From the NCBI RefSeq assembly GCF_009914755.1, contig NC_060925.1: a stretch of 64,000 bases of DNA; one strand, 5' to 3'. A model generated the notes under the pieces. The model was not told the DNA's origin, ran no database searches, and saw nothing but the letters and a program-made list of their open reading frames with translations. The stretch comes from the human T2T-CHM13v2.0 reference genome, Homo sapiens. Shown here piece after piece: positions 1-14,410 of the stretch. The number at the start of each line of letters is the position of its first letter. Positions within the stretch are counted from its first letter, which is position 1. Made by a program: the position numbers and the translations under genes.

Positions 1-60
1 AGCATCTCATCGCTTGGCATGTAGGTGCTCAATAGATATTTGTTCAAATGAATGAATAAA
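1..60 (+). mobile_element. L2 3' end fragment
   Basis: taggtgctcaatagatatttgttcaaatgaatgaat resembles the L2 tail. Confidence 0.65.
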
Positions 61-886
61 GTGATAGGGAGGATGCTAAAGTCAAGATTGAATGTAACCA
101 TTGTTAGTGGCATCCATTTTGGGATTACCCTAAAATGGTTGATATAGGCAGTGTTTGCAGCAAGGCTGACGCCACTTGACTCATGGTTAAGAGGTCAAGG
201 ATGGCAGAGAAATGAAGTATGTAGCTATTCTTATTTCCTTTTAGTAAATTTAGAAGATAGAATAACTCTTTATAGTTATTCTAAAAAACATCTTAGGTTT
301 CTTCTTTCTCTAGACTGTGGTTAGAGGTAAACTAATGTCTTCTAAAGATTCACATTGATTTCAGTCTGGAGTTTATCCCTGCAGAGTGCTGTGGGCATGG
401 AGGAATATGTCAATCATTGAAGCTTTCCTCAGGCCTGGTAATTACATTACAGCCCTTATGCAAGATAAAATCCAGCCTAACTTTTTCTCAAAAAAGTAAA
501 AAAACACACCACCAACACCATCACCACCAAAAGAATATAATTCAGTCATCATGCTAAATGAGCAATTATTGAAAGTTTTTTATTAGGCTAGGCATTGGAA
601 GTGTAAAAACTATCCTATAACTCCACAATGCTGAATTTGAAACAGATCTTAGTCCCATAGCCCAACTTACAATTATGCCAGTTAGGACACTTGAGGGCTA
701 ACATCACAGGCTTTCCCAGTAACTCCCCTGAATTAGAATCAAAGTCTCCTTATTTCCAATCCAAAGCCATTTCCACTATTGCTCCATAATACATATTTTA
801 CAATAAAATATAAGGAAATGTGTACAGCTAGTTGTCACAATTTGTATCATTTAAAAATATATGTATCACTTGTATCTTAAAGCAGT

Positions 887-1255
887 TGTCATGGACTGAA
901 TGTTTACATCCTCCCCAAATTCATATATTGAATCCGTAACCCCCAGTGTGACACTATTTGGAAGTAAGACCTTTGAAAGGTAATAAGGTTTAGATGAGGT
1001 CACATGAGTGAGTCCTCATGATGGAATTAGTGTCTTTATAAGAAGAGACCAGGAAGCTTGCTCTCTTTTGCTCTCTCTGCCATATGAGGATATAGTAAGA
1101 AGGCAGTTGTTTGCAGGCCAGGAAGCAGGCCCTCAACAGGAACCCATATAGGCCAGCCCCTCTTCCTGAGGCTTCCAGCCTCTGAAACATATTTCTGTTG
1201 TCTAAACTACCCAGTCTATAGTATTTTGTTTTGGCAGCCTGAGCTGACTAAGCCA
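887..1255 (+). mobile_element. MLT1A/MLT1A0-type MaLR solo LTR
   Basis: Starts tgtcatggactgaatg, ends gcagcctgagctgactaagcca; the interior follows the recalled MLT1A0 consensus. Confidence 0.85.
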
Positions 1256-2919
1256 ACAACCCATTTTACAGATACAGAAATTGAAAGCTTCAGATGTTAA
1301 AGAATGGTAATTTCCTCAAAAAAGTCAAGCTTTAAGCCACTATTTACACTTCGACTTTTCTTATTTTTTAAACAAAATTTGAATTTTTGTTCTTTAAAGA
1401 GAATTTTATTTCATCTAAAAAGTATTTAAAAATATCAAGCTTCTTATTTTGACCATTTTAGCATGTTTTCATCTTCAGATTTATTTGACATCCAAGACCA
1501 GAGTAACACCAAGAAGAACTTTGATATCCTTTTCAGCCCTCTTCATTTATTCTATATAGTGTTACAGAATTACCTTTGGTTCTATCTCTTACTGTGATGG
1601 AAAGCTAATTCTCTGTTATTGTGGCTTTCTCTGCTATAAGCACCTTGTCCTTTTAACACAAGATAAAAAATTATAAGAAAATTCAAGTCATACTTTTGTT
1701 CTCATAAGTTCAAATGCCTTGTAGCTGTCTTTCTATCTAAGCAGAGAAGCTCTGCTCCATCACTCCTGTCCTTCTAAGAGCTGAGCTTACTCATTAACTA
1801 TGTACATCTCCTTCATTCCTGTCTGCTTCCAGTCTTGGTTTTTTAGAACCTGTGCTTACCAGATTTTTCTTTAGAACATTAAAAATTATAACCAAAAAGA
1901 TAAGGAATCATTGAAAAAGGTGACATATGATGCTTGCCTCTCATGAAAACACTAGTTTCTACTGGTAATGGCAAGATTGATGTTGTCTCTTTTATGAAGT
2001 GACAGCAGTCTCAGTGCAAAGGGAAAAAAACCTCAGCAGAAGAAGACAAGAGGATATGCCTCATCCTCAGCTCTGTTTGTAATCCTAGTCAAATTCCTAG
2101 TCAAATACCAGGCACTTCCAAGGGGACCACACATCTGGATTATTGCAAGTTTAGAAAGCTTCTAATATCTCAGTCAGAACTCACTCTTTTCCCAGAACTT
2201 TGGTTTCTTCTTATCCTTTTGGAATTTACCAAAATAATCAGACATTTCTTTTTAAAAGAGTCACTGAATAAATAGTGAGTAATATGACTCAACTGTTGTG
2301 TTTTTAGGCATATGGCAACCAAATTAGTTAACCAAAAGCAAATAGGCTGGGAAATAATTGAATTTTCATAACCTGTCTTTAGCTCTTGGCTTTCTTTTCT
2401 TTCCTGTCTTTTTTTCTGAAGCTAATTTCTAGTGAGACTACTTGTTAAAGGTACCAATTGCTTATCCGTCTGAGTACTAGAATCTATTTGCTTTCTAGAT
2501 TTTTTTTCCAAAATTTGAATTTAAGAAGGCAAGTTGGCTTTTTAGAAAGCCAAGAATTGAATAATAGCAAAAAAATGCCCCAAATGGAACTTTTGGGGCA
2601 AACACCTGTGCATGATATATATCCTTGTGCAATTTTGAGTCTACCCTATATCTCAGTTCTTGCTGAATTTTAAAGCTTTTATTCATTTTTCCAGTTTCCT
2701 AGTTCTGTTATGCTCTCCATCAAACATGACCGAGCCATATAAACGTATTTGAATGGCTTTCTCACTTTCTCTCCAGTTATTTTGTGATAGAAATCTTACT
2801 GAACAGCTAAATAACAACAAAGAGTGAGCAGAAGAGTAAAGGTACAGCAGCAATGGCTTGACCAGCCCATTTTTGAGAACACATTATGGTAGCACTGGTA
2901 GAAGTAAAATCCACCTCTT

Positions 2920-3110
2920 GTCAAATGCCTACTATGTGTCAGCCTATGTGCCTTTTATGCATTTATTAAATTTTCAAATGACCCCAGGATGCAGGTGATC
3001 CTACTCCCATTTTATCATTTTGGAAACTGAGGCTCAGACAAGTGAAACATCTTATCCAAGGCCACACAGCTAGTCAGTGGCAGGATCTGTATGAGAACAA
3101 AGGTTGTTCT
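2920..3110 (-). mobile_element. MIR
   Basis: cccatttt...ggaaactgaggctcaga...ccaaggccacacagctagt is the reverse MIR core. Confidence 0.8.
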
Positions 3111-6100
3111 TATTTCTAAGCTGGTTTACTTTCTACTCCACTCCACTTCCAACTATGCTTCCATCCCAATTATAGCTAGTTGGGTCTGACAAAAAGATTC
3201 TTATTTTCCCCTTTTTTGGCATCCTGCAATGAATTGAAAAAATGAGTAAACTGGTAATTCATCCATAGAAAAATTGGAGGTAGCTTACATATCTGAAGCC
3301 AGAATTTCATGTCTTTATCAAAGAGAGGGTACTCTGTTCAATAATGCATCTCTTACAGTAAGAATTCTAACATATTCATGAATACATTATTGTTATTCGT
3401 ATTAGTAAATTATGGATTCAGGAATACATTAGTATTATTATTAGTAGTAGTATTTCATGTCTGATTATTCACTTACTGAACATTGATAAGAGCTTCAATT
3501 AAATACAAACACAAATGTTGTGCTCTGGAGTTATAGCCTAAAACAGATTCATCATCACACGGAAAATGCCCACATAATGCGGTGGGGTGGGGAGATTTAT
3601 CAACATAGCCTCAGAAGTAAGTACAGTTCCAATATGGGACTACATGGAAAACCTTGCTTTGTGTTGGATATTCTCAGGGGTTCTGATCAATAATCCTTTA
3701 AGGAAAATGTCTTAAGAGAGTTAAAGCGCTTAAGGTGATATGGATTGTGTTAACATTTTTGGCGCTATAGAAAAGTATTTGTTCTATAGAGGTGAAAAGA
3801 AATATATAACAAAGAAGCTAAAAACAGTGCAAATCACCTTAGAGTACCTCACATTCTTGAGTGTTTTCTACTTGAAAGGAGGGTTGGCTATATTGAGAAA
3901 GTTAAATTTTGAGCTATCTACACAGAACCACTGTTGCTTTACACAGAGCCACTGACTCATCTCTTTGATCAAAACCATGCAAAATAATGTAATTTCACAC
4001 TTCTTAGAGCATTTTGTTCTCCAGAGAACATATGTCATTTCCCAAATCACATATAAGATGTTTTAATTCTATTTGCTAAGGCTTAGTCTGATACTTGACT
4101 AAAAATGAACCAAGTCTATACCAAGATGACAGTAAAGACGACCATACAAAGTTTAGGGGCTTTAGTGGGCTATAGTTCAGGTAGCTGTGCTGTGATAATG
4201 CGCAATAGCTGCACAGTTGGGTATTTGTATTGGCAGAGATTTGTTCGCTCTTGATACGTGCTGGGAGTCAATGATGGAGGACCGCTGAAGGGCTATGCTG
4301 TTGAGACGATGTGTGTGTGCTGCTAAACTTGGCTTTGGTCATTGTGATGCACTAAGCTCAGTCTATATTGCAACAATCTTCCCAGTTAAGTGACCCATGT
4401 GCCATTTATCAGGACACATATTAGAAAGATGCTGTCCTAATTTCAGTTAATGCTAAGTGTAGCCAAAGAAACTCAAATGAATGCCACAGCTCTATTTCAC
4501 TGCTTTTCATGGGCCTTGCAATAAAAGCTAAACGGTTTTTAGTGGCTTTTGCAATTACACTTCCTTTCAATTTTCCAAAGGTTACGGGGCCTGAACCACA
4601 CAAATCCCATTAAAGTAAGTAGCTGTTGTGCAATATAAGTTCCTTTGAAAACATTGTTCAATGCCCATAAAATGATCAGCGGGCTGCACTTTAGATCCGC
4701 TTGCCTGCCATGCTTTCAACCAAAAGGCAGATGACAAACTTTGATGTGGTAGTTGGTTTCTGCTACTGGAGCTGGCATTTTATCTTCTTGCATCAGATTT
4801 TTTCCCAAACTGATGTGACCCAGGCATAGGAAACGCATTTTTCTTCAGATTTTATTCCTAAAATATGTTTTTCCGTACCTTTAAATTACGTTTGGCTGAC
4901 CAATGATTTGGAATCTCTAAGGTTCCTCCCACAGGATGCAGAGCAGAAGAGGGTGAGGGGTGTTGGAGTTAGCTGAAGCTTGCATGGCAAGAGCAAGGCC
5001 TTAGTGAATAGGGATCACCACATGCTGTCAGGTCCCCATGCTTGAGGATGGCACTTTATGCCTTCTTCTCCACCTTCCCTCTAGGGCAACTTCAGCAGCC
5101 ACATGAGGAGTCCAGAGTGAACTTCATACTAGAGCCGAGGTCAGGGCTATTGTTCTCTTTAACTCATATTTGAATGCACAGAGGGTAGCCTACCTTGGGC
5201 TTACAGTCTTCTTTTCTCAAGAAGTTCTTCATATGTATTCTAACATTGTGATCCATTAGAAACACCCATCTCTTTTAGTACCTCTTTCTTGTGTATTTTC
5301 TTGGTGGTTTAAGTAATTCATGTATCCTGCAGCCGCTTTTCTAGTAAAAGATAAAAATGAAAGAATAATTCCTACATTTGCAGAGGAATCAGACCACAAG
5401 GCTTTTTCCCTCTCTAAATCTGGTGACTATCCTATCTGATAAAGAAACACTGCAAAAGAATTTTTCCTCTGTGGGTAAAACTATCCAGAGACAAAAGACA
5501 ATGCTAACATAATTACTTGCTATGTATTGTTAAAAAGAATTCAGAAATTACTCAGTCCTTTAAAACTTTAAATAAATCACTAAAATTCTAATATTCTGGG
5601 ACTGCTTCTATACCATGACATTACTATAACTCTTTCAACTTTTACTGTAATGTAATATGTCAAGGAATCCTATCTCTTTTCTATAGAAATACCTGAATAC
5701 ATTAAGGTGACAAAATATTTACAGAGAAAATATTGAACCATAATTTTTAAAAAGTATTTGATAATATACTAATATATGTATATAAATTTAGAGCCTGAGA
5801 AATCAATATGAATTGGTGCTATCAGAAAAGGTTTATAGAGAAGGTAAGATTTGAGATGTGTTTTAGGAACAGAGAGATTTTAAACTGTGTCCTAAAGTGA
5901 AAATCATCTCCTATGATTGTGGGAGAAGATAGAAGATGGGGCATACTACTAAGCTAAAATAACCCTGCACTTATTTAATTGATGAAGCAAGGACTTATGG
6001 ATATCATTGTAAAGAAGAATGCAAGAACATCTGGATCAAAATGGCTTTCTAGATGAGAATGGTTGCATTTTTTAATGGCTATTCTGGTAGAAAGGACAAC

Positions 6101-6269
6101 ATGTGATATTCATCGACCCTCTTTCTCAGACCCTCTTTATAACAGCTAGTATGGAAAAATCTGTCTTTCCTATAAATATTTTCCCTGGGGAATGGTTTCC
6201 ATTTATGTGTTGGATGCTTTGTTGTTTCTCTCTTGCACAGCGTGTATGTTGTCATCTGCACTTAAGAGT

Positions 6270-6410
6270 GGAATGGAATTGGGAATCCTGGTTTCTTGCT
6301 CTGGCTGGAGGTCCCAAGTCCGCATTGTGATTTTGGGCAAGTCACGTTGTTCTTCTAGATCTAATTTAACTCATCTGTAAAATAAGATGGTTGAATTCGA
6401 CAATTTCATG
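6270..6410 (+). mobile_element. MIR fragment
   Basis: tgtgattttgggcaagtcac...ctcatctgtaaaataag. Confidence 0.6.
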
Positions 6411-6608
6411 GGTTTCATTAGATGCCAATATTTTATGACTCATGATCCCAGCAAGACTACACCTATTTATAAGGCTGTTTTGCTTGTTTTTACTAAGAGC
6501 AACAATAACTACATATTTTCAGTTTACTCAATCATCAAAAAAATTATAAAATCCATAAACACTTTGGATTTGAAACATTGCAACTTTGATAAAAAATGTA
6601 TCCATGTA

Positions 6609-6930
<322 letters not shown>

Positions 6931-9900
6931 CTACAACTTGGTGAATCCTTCCCATTTTAGAATGCCAAAGAATGAGATGCATTCTAATATCCAGTTGGAT
7001 GTCAGTATCTTCAGACAGCATGTTTCAAAATCAACTTTCACTGTAGTTGTTTTTGCAAGAAAAGATGACCCTCTTGGAATTAGTAAAAATACACTGCTTT
7101 CTCTCCCCTGTATTCAACCAGAGCCAAGAATCTGATAAATGTGTTTATCACAGGTCCTTCAGATACCCTGCATTTGTAAACCTCTACAGTGTTTATGTTT
7201 CCTTTTGTACTGCTGAAGATACTGTGCTGGGTCCTGTTCTGCATTCTTGGGGAAAAACAGGGAGCTCACATTTTGTGATTAGTGAGCAAAGACAGACCAT
7301 CCCCAGGACTGCTGCTCGAGCTGTCTCTGTTGCCCGCTCATCGTCTCTTTCTATTATACTTGCACTCTGAAGGACATTTGCCAGAGCCAGACTCCCTGGA
7401 TCCCTGTTATTTGTGTCTTTTCTCACCTTCAACATGATCTGAACTAGTGTTTTCATTTGTTAAAAACAACAAGAACATTCACTGGGAAACTTTTGCTGGA
7501 ATTGCTTCAGGTCATCATAGCTATTTATTCCCTGTCATAAACTATAATTCTCCATTTCCCTTACTCCCACATCAGGGGAGTTGGTGGTTTATGGTAGACA
7601 GTCAGTGGAATTTGATTGAACAGTGGAATATTTCAAAGAACTACTGAGATTATGTAGCAGGTTGTAATACTAAGAACAAAACATAAAATATTCTTGGTCT
7701 TGATTGCAGTTGGCAGTACAAGAAGAAATAGGCTTTTGAAACAACATAAAAGATTTATAATTTGTGGTTGCACCTAAGAAAGAATTTTCTTTGAGAGAAG
7801 AAAACAAGTCATGGGATTGGCTTAATAGGGGATTTTCTCTATATGATTAAAAATAATGGCTTAGTGTCTAATTGGTCTCAGTTAAAACAAAGTACAGAAG
7901 CTAAGGATTTTTCTTTTTTTTTTTTGCAGACTTCTGTTTTGGGGGCATGAAATTCAGATAATTGTGCTATCACAAGGGCTTGTATTACTTAGAAAGACCT
8001 GAAGTACGAGACAAAATGATTTGGAAAAATGAATAGGAATGGGAGGAATGCTTCCAAATATTAAATAGGAAGGAGAATGCAAGTGCAATGTAACTACTGA
8101 AAGGTATTTAATCCTAGGTGTTTGAATTCTAGTGCTGATCTTATTGCAAACTAATTTTGCTAATAGCTAGTGGTATAATCAGTGATGTTGGTTGGAATAT
8201 TTTAGGCATTGGTAGATCTCAAAAATTATTATTAAATTTGCTCCATTTCCAAGATGCAGCTGATCTTACATTCTTACTGAGTGTCACAGAAGTGCCACCA
8301 AAGCTGGGCCCTGAGGTAAGGCACCACAAGTGTAAAATACCAAAGAGAAGGTTGACTGTACAAAACCATGAAGCAGAGAGAAAGGTATGGTAGCTTCTTG
8401 GCTGGAGGAATCTGGTTGAGATCATCTGACATTTTTTTCTACAGAAACAGTCTTCTAAGGACAAGAGGAGTTTCACGTTTTCCCTGAAAACAAACTCAGC
8501 AAGCATTTACTATATCTGGGTGCTTTAATTATCAAGAAGAAATGTGCAGTCTCTATTCTAAGCTTCAAGGGTATTCCTGGTAAGGAAGCATTGATGAAGA
8601 AGGATTCTCTTAGCAAAAGACTTAGAGGCCTCAGTTGTCAGGCCTCTGGATTTAAGCTACATTTTGACTCTGTACACAAATCTAGATCATTCCCTCAATT
8701 TGTAATAAAAACAATATTATAGCTGAGGTAGGTGTCATCATGACTTGTGCTAATAGTTTTGCTGAGTACATTGTGTGTTTATAATCAGAGAGAATCAGGA
8801 GAATTTGCATATTAGAAGAGAGAGCCAAAAGTACTTTCTAAATAGTGAATGGCCAAGCTCTCCTTGTTCTCCCCATCCTCACTCCAACACTTCATAATTT
8901 TCTTTGGGCTGAGCCTCTTTGGGGAAAAGCTATGGGGAATGTAAGTCAAGTTCATTAGATGGAGCATGTGACTTGGGTTTTGGCAGCATGGTGTTGCAAA
9001 TCTCTGGGACCTACACAGGCTCTGCAGAGCTCAGGCCTTAGGGTGATAGTTTGATTGAGGTGTCAGCACAGCTGGTATTCCATTCAGTTTCACATATACA
9101 TCACTCCTGACTGGGCTGGGTGGGGGCAGCAGGAGAGGAGCATACTACACTCTGACTGCTATGGACAACCTGGACAATTATCTCACCACGCTACCTTCAG
9201 GGGAACTCAGAGAAAACCAAGGAAGGATCTTGACAGGTAAAAATGGAGTTGTGATTCTTCAAAGGTCCCTAAGATCTCAGGGTCCTAGAACTCAAGTTTG
9301 AGTGAAACATTTTCAGGGATCTTTCTGAACTGTTTCCTGTTCTTGGGTTCTCAGGGAGTGAGCCCCAGGCTAATGTTAGCTTGGGTTGATGGCATTGTAG
9401 CACTAGTCCTGATCTAGGCTGAGGCCTCTGAAGCCTGCCTTTGCAACAGCATGGAGCCTTGAGTGAATGGTGTTAGAAATTACTTGCTGCTTCAAGGAGA
9501 GTTCATGGTAAAACAAATCCCTGTAATGTGGTTTGAACATAGTTTCCTCTCTATAACTCTATGTATTTGTTCATGTATATATGTTAGGAGAGAAGGAACC
9601 AGGAGATAATTGGTCTACTTGATTATTAAACTATATGAGTGAGCATAATATTGTCAAAGACAAATAAGGTACAAAACCATTTACTCTTCTTCCTTTATCT
9701 CTAGAGAAGTCCAAAGAACATGGGCAGGGGTAAGATTTTCCTTGACAAACAGGCATCAAGGATCATGCAAGTAATGTCTCTCTGACAGTTCAGATCTTGT
9801 CCCAGATTTAGAGGCAACAGCCAAGCATTAGAGTTGCTGGGATTCTTGACATATGAACTTGAGAGCGCTAATGGCCACATTTGCACATGCAAAGTGGCAT

Positions 9901-9966
9901 TTGGCTATAGGACTTTGATAAAGATGTGAGCAAATGAAGCAAGATCTCACTATAGATATACCATAA

Positions 9967-10263
<297 letters not shown>

Positions 10264-10290
10264 TGAAAACTGTTTAAAAACACAAATTAT

Positions 10291-10726
<436 letters not shown>

Positions 10727-11189
10727 TTAAATAAAATTGAATGCCTTCAGGTAGGGCAGAATAATCCTTGCTACAGGTTCCTCTCCCAGCACCCCTTTCT
10801 TTCTGACACTTCCAGATTTATGTGATATACATTGTCCATCTGAGTATTTTACTCTGCACCCTTAGATTTCAATCTGATCTCGAAGTGGTTAAAGAGATGA
10901 ATTCTCTGTCCCCTACCTCAGCTCTCCTCCCCAGTCTTCAAGAAACTTGTTGTAAGTACACATGAGTATGAGCACTGATGGAGTGGGAAATGAATACTTA
11001 TGAACTGAGTTAAGAGCACACTTAAGTGGATGATTTTATTTTCCTTCAGTGTCTCTGTGAACTGAAAGAAGGTAAGAGCATGAAAGGCAGGAAAAAGAGA
11101 ATAGCCATTCTTTCTAACATTAGTGCCATGACACACCAACTGCAAGCCAGACATCTAGAACATGATACAACCTGCGATTAACTCATAAC

Positions 11190-11450
11190 AATACGTAATA
11201 CTAACACTACTGGAGCCCTTATATGCCAAGTAGTGTTCTTTACATAAGTAATTTATTTCATCCTCACACCAATTCAGTGATGTGGATAGTGTTCTTCATT
11301 TTGCAGATGAGAAAACTGAGACACAGAGAGGTCAAAGTATTTTGCACAACATCACATAGCTAGGAAGTGTCTGAAATAGGATTTGAATGCAGATAGGCAG
11401 ATCCAGAGTTCATGCTTTTAATTACCACTCCCCACCCCGCCTCCCAAAAA
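11190..11450 (-). mobile_element. MIR
   Basis: cattttgcagatgagaaaactgagacacagagagg...ggatttgaatgcag. Confidence 0.85.
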
Positions 11451-12679
11451 AACTGAATGAATAAGAGTCTCTTGGCTAAATGCCTTTTCAAGTAGTGCTT
11501 TGTTGTGTCTCTGCTGAAAGATCTTGTCTTCCATATTGCCAGTAGCAAGATGCTGTTTTGATAAGGTGGGTAGGTCCAATCTGTCTTGTCTTCCTTACAA
11601 AATTATTGTTTGTATATCTATGTTCAGTCTGAGTGTTAATAATTTCTTTCTGCAAATGATAACCCTCTTGAACAGCCAGAACTTGAGCTAGACCTCAGGG
11701 TAGATTCCTAGCCCATCGATTAGGGCCTGTGTCTATGGAGGAGGCACAGTACACAGTGGGAGACCACTGTGGAGTTGATGCAGAGATCCTAGTGCTCCCT
11801 TCAGCCTGAAGAGAAAGTGTGAACGCTTTCCCACGGGGAAACAGGGACCTCACCAAGAAGTACTCCCCAAGAGAAAAAAGAAAAATGTCAGTGACAAAAG
11901 AAGAAAGTCGTGGGAGCCTGTGGGGCCCCTGAGGGTAGATCAGGAGGAAGTGTGAGTGCAGGTGCCCCTTTGGGCTCAAGTGAGAGTGACCCATAGAGAC
12001 AATACTCAGTTTTGCTCTCCCATTCGCCATCCAGTGCAGATTATGCAATTTGTCTTCCCACACCCTCTTCCTCAACACTGCTTACCGCAAATCTCTAACT
12101 CTGCTGTTAAATCCTTTCCTCTCTCCTCAAAAACCCCATGTCTTTTATGCCACGCCTCAGCTTGCGGTGGTGTAATGAATACTTTTAGTCCAGTAACCCA
12201 CAGCACACTAATGTGCCACTTTTGCTATGGTGATCTAAATTTTAAATAAGGAAAACTGCAGAGGGCAATGGTGGACATTTCAAAAAAAAAAAAATGAAAG
12301 ACCAATTTTGGGGTTGGGGGACTGTCTTGCCCCTATCATGACAGGGAAATACCTTTTTTATATGTTGGAACTATTTTTTATTTCTCTTTTCCCACCTTGC
12401 TATGATTTAATGACTTTTAGAGTAGTGAACATTTCCTAAGTGAGTAGGGCAGAGTTCTCCCTTCATGACTTCATTCTTCCCCCATGAAAGCCTACCTTTT
12501 CCCAGTCTGAACCAATCCCTTCTGATTCTGGGCTTCTTTGCATTTATGGCATTTATCATAACATGAAATGTATTATATTGAGTTGTATCTGGGCCAACTT
12601 CCCCCACAGGACTGAGGAGGCCTCTTGGATGGAGGCCATGTTTTATTCATCTTTGCAACATTTATTTTTTTCTTCTTTT

Positions 12680-13500
12680 CCTCTTTTTTTCCTCATACAC
12701 TTATCAAGCACATATTATACTCTTGAACCCGGTTTTGTTTTGCTGGGGATGAATAAGATACTGACCCTCTCCTTAAGGATGTTTGGACTGGGGTGGAGAA
12801 GATAGATGTACAAACCATACACTTATGATATCATAATATGATTCCTACATCAGTGGAATGTACAATAATTAGTGATAGACCAGAGGAAGGAATGATCCAA
12901 TCTGCCTGGGGGAAAAGGGAGAGAATTTATGTTTATTAGGCACTAATTCTGGGCCAATTCTCAAAACTATCCTGTAAGTAGATATTGTTATCTCCAACTG
13001 ATTAGGAGACAAAGGAGCAGAGAAATTAAACAACTCACAGGACAAATCTTGAAAGTAGTGTAGCCAGTATGACTTTTAAGTCATGTTCAATGTTAAAGTT
13101 GAACTTTGAAAAAAATATATGGGCTTTGATACCCGGACAAAGCGGGGAAGAATATAATAGGCAAAGGAAATATCCGGTGTGAATATTTTTAGGTAGGAAA
13201 GGGCCTAACACATTTAGGAGTCCACAGGTAATTTTGAGCACAGGGTAGGAGCTGGAGCTCTAGAGGGCCAGTGTATGAGGTTAGAGTGATGTGGTTTGTG
13301 GCTGGATTGATGGACAAAGAGCTAATTCCTGAACAGCCTTAGTTCTATGGTTAAGAAGTTTTTATTTTATTCTGTGAGTAACGGGGAGCCAGTAGATGAT
13401 ATAAAACGAGGCAATAAGGTGATTGTATTAACATTTAAGATGATAGCTCTAAGAGCAATGTGAAGGCACATTAGAAACAGAAGAGCCAGGAGTGTGGGAA
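12680..13500 (-). mobile_element. Degraded L2 fragments, probably with an intervening MIR piece
   Basis: gaataagatactgaccctctcc and ggagccagtagatgat...taagatgatagctct resemble reverse L2; boundaries approximate. Confidence 0.5.
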
Positions 13501-13879
13501 GCCAAGTCCAGATTCCACCTTGGCCAATTTCCACCCAGGCCCTTCATGCTGCACAGCTCTACAGGGCACTGATCACGTGGTAATTTATGTGTATGTTGGC
13601 CCCTCGAGCTGTACAACTGCTCACTCCACAAAAAGAATTTTCTTCTCCCATACCTTGTTATACATTTCTATAATTGCACTTAAAATACTTGTTTTGTAGT
13701 TTTTCAAATTTACATGTCTTCATTTAATAGGTTTTGATCTGCTTAAAAGCAGAGAATAAGTTTCTCATCTCTCTCTTTCCAGCATTTAGTACTGGGCCTG
13801 GACCATAGCAGGTGCTCCATAAAGATTTCTTGAATGAGTAAATGAATGAGTAGAATTCCATAGCACTCTAGAAGAGTTG

Positions 13880-14405
13880 TATGATCATGAATTGGATGTC
13901 CTTGACTTCAGAAACTCAGCCATTTATTATTTATGTGAATTTCAACAGATTACAGTCATACAATGCTTAACAATGGGGATCTGTTCTGAGAACTGCATTT
14001 TTAGGTAATTTTGTCATTGTGCAAACATCATGGAGTCTACTTACACAAATCTAGATGGTATAACTGACTGCACACCTAGGCTATAGGGTATAGCTTATTG
14101 CTCTTAGGTCACAAGCCTGTACAGCATATTACTCTACTGAATAGTGTAGGCGATTGTAATACCATGGTAAGTATTTGCGTATCTAATCATATCAAATAGC
14201 AAAAATTTGGTATTATAATTTAATGAGACCACTGTCGTATATGAGGTCCATCATATGTGGTGCATGACTGTATTTAATCTCATTGAAATTGCTTCCTCAA
14301 CTGTAAAATAGAAATAATAAAACCTAATACGTGGAATTGTCATGTTGACTAGAAATAATGTATGTAGTGTGCTTATATAAGTTCCTAGCCCTGGTAACAC
14401 TTAAA
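13880..14405 (+). mobile_element. MIR interrupted by Tigger3a
   Basis: The flanks rejoin across the TA site as cagatTAtttaatctc...cttcctcaactgtaaaatagaaataataa, the MIR core. Confidence 0.7.
13953..14270. mobile_element. Tigger3a (MER7A-like) Tc1/mariner MITE
   Basis: Termini CAGTCAT...ATGACTG with a TA duplication on each side; internal cacacctaggctata...cctgtacagcat. Confidence 0.88.
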
Positions 14406-14410
14406 AAACA

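Noticed and set aside
2081-2106. Short tandem micro-duplications (also about 22366, 36452, 40481, 46931)
   Set aside because: Ordinary slippage duplications of 12-20 bp; not arrays and not CRISPR-like.
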